From NCBI GenBank assembly GCA_963781675.1, contig CAWAGF010000006.1, positions 534,192 to 598,191 on the forward strand: DNA of 64,000 bases, written 5' to 3'. Position numbers and translations under genes: made by a program. The notes under the pieces were generated by a model. That model did no database searches. It was not told the DNA's origin and saw only the letters and a program-made list of their open reading frames with translations. This DNA is from an uncultured Actinomycetota bacterium (GTDB taxonomy: Bacteria > Actinomycetota > Actinomycetes > Mycobacteriales > SCTD01). Positions 63,215 through 64,000 of this stretch are shown piece by piece (within the stretch, counting starts at the first letter, position 1; each line of letters opens with the position of its first letter).

Positions 63215-64000
63215 TCACCGCAAGGCGAGCGGCACTCCGCGGTCCGCGCTCGCCCAGGCCAGCGCGCAGAGCGCCCGGATCCCGTCGTCCGTGTCCCGGT
63301 CGCCGGACAGCGAGCCGTCCGTCGCGCGTGCCGTGGCCGCCCTGCAGCGTGCGGTCTCACCGTCGACCTCGACCTCAGGCTGAGGCTCGAGGAGGCCGCG
63401 CAGGTCGCTGCTCACGTACGTGGGACGGCTTCCGGCCGGCGCCGCGAGCAGCCCGGGCAACCCGACCACTCCGGTGAGGACGAGCAGGCTGTCGGCCCCG
63501 CCGCGCACCGCCCCCAGCACGTCGGTGTCCAGCCGGTCCCCCACGACCAGCGGTCGCTGCGCCCCCACGCGCTCGACCGACGCCCGGTGCAGGGACGGGT
63601 CGGGCTTGCCGGAGACGAGCGGCTCTCGACCGGTCACCAGCCGGAGGGCCGCGACGAACGCCCCGTTGCCGGGCAGCGGCCCCCTCGTCGTCGGCAGCGT
63701 GGCGTCGGTGTTGCCGGCAACCCAGAGCGCCCCCCGGTGCAGCGCCACGGCCGCCTCGGCCAGGTCCGCCCACGACGTCTCCGGCGCCAGCCCCTGCACA
63801 ACGGCCGCCGGGCCCGCCTGGCCGGCCTGGTCCACCGTGCGCACCGGCACCATCCCGGCGCGGCGGACCTCCTCCGCCAGCGCGTCTGTCCCGACCACGA
63901 GCACGGCCGAGCCGTTCGGCAGGTGCTCGGCCAGCGTCCGGCCGGCCGCCTGGGCGCTGGTGACCACCTCGTCCGGGCCGGTCGGGATGTCGAGCGCGCT
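63215..64000 (-). CDS. HAD-IIA family hydrolase, 5'-partial
   Basis: VVTSAQA, NTD..LP, PGNG, GKP, VGDRLDTD, LVLTGV. Confidence 0.92.
   Translation of the reverse strand, partial: SALDIPTGPDEVVTSAQAAGRTLAEHLPNGSAVLVVGTDALAEEVRRAGMVPVRTVDQAGQAGPAAVVQGLAPETSWADLAEAAVALHRGALWVAGNTDATLPTTRGPLPGNGAFVAALRLVTGREPLVSGKPDPSLHRASVERVGAQRPLVVGDRLDTDVLGAVRGGADSLLVLTGVVGLPGLLAAPAGSRPTYVSSDLRGLLEPQPEVEVDGETARCRAATARATDGSLSGDRDTDDGIRALCALAWASADRGVPLALR

Overview
Very high-GC actinomycete chromosomal window, consistent with a Frankia/Geodermatophilus-like lineage (inferred from gene content). It consists mostly of conserved core gene blocks: pcd-lat; amidohydrolase-lnt-ppm1-fxsA/rbpA; gcvP with a tandem glycine riboswitch and the merR-DUF151-ftsR-garA-gcvH-DUF881 block; tRNA-Pro-der-cmk-tyrA-aroH-rluB-scpB-scpA-parA-xerD-ald; and nudix-pyrG-GT4-murJ-steB-steA-recN-nadK-tlyA. 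Small accessory insertions include NlpC/P60, DUF1800/DUF1501, CAP, an HTTM gene pair, AAC(2'), two sortase-anchored hydrolases and DUF817/GNAT. Many single-base frameshifts, densest in the first ~7.5 kb, look like long-read consensus errors. I found no transposase, prophage, rRNA or CRISPR-cas. The most interesting signals are non-coding: a candidate ~110-nt structured RNA with its own promoter upstream of lnt, three dispersed 73-bp palindromic elements of identical length, a 94-bp-period palindrome array behind xerD, and paired FtsR-like operators. Protein-level oddities include a ParA with a histone-H1-like N-terminus and a site-2 protease homolog lacking its catalytic motif in the scpAB operon. 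All family assignments are by motif recognition and synteny; no database search was run.
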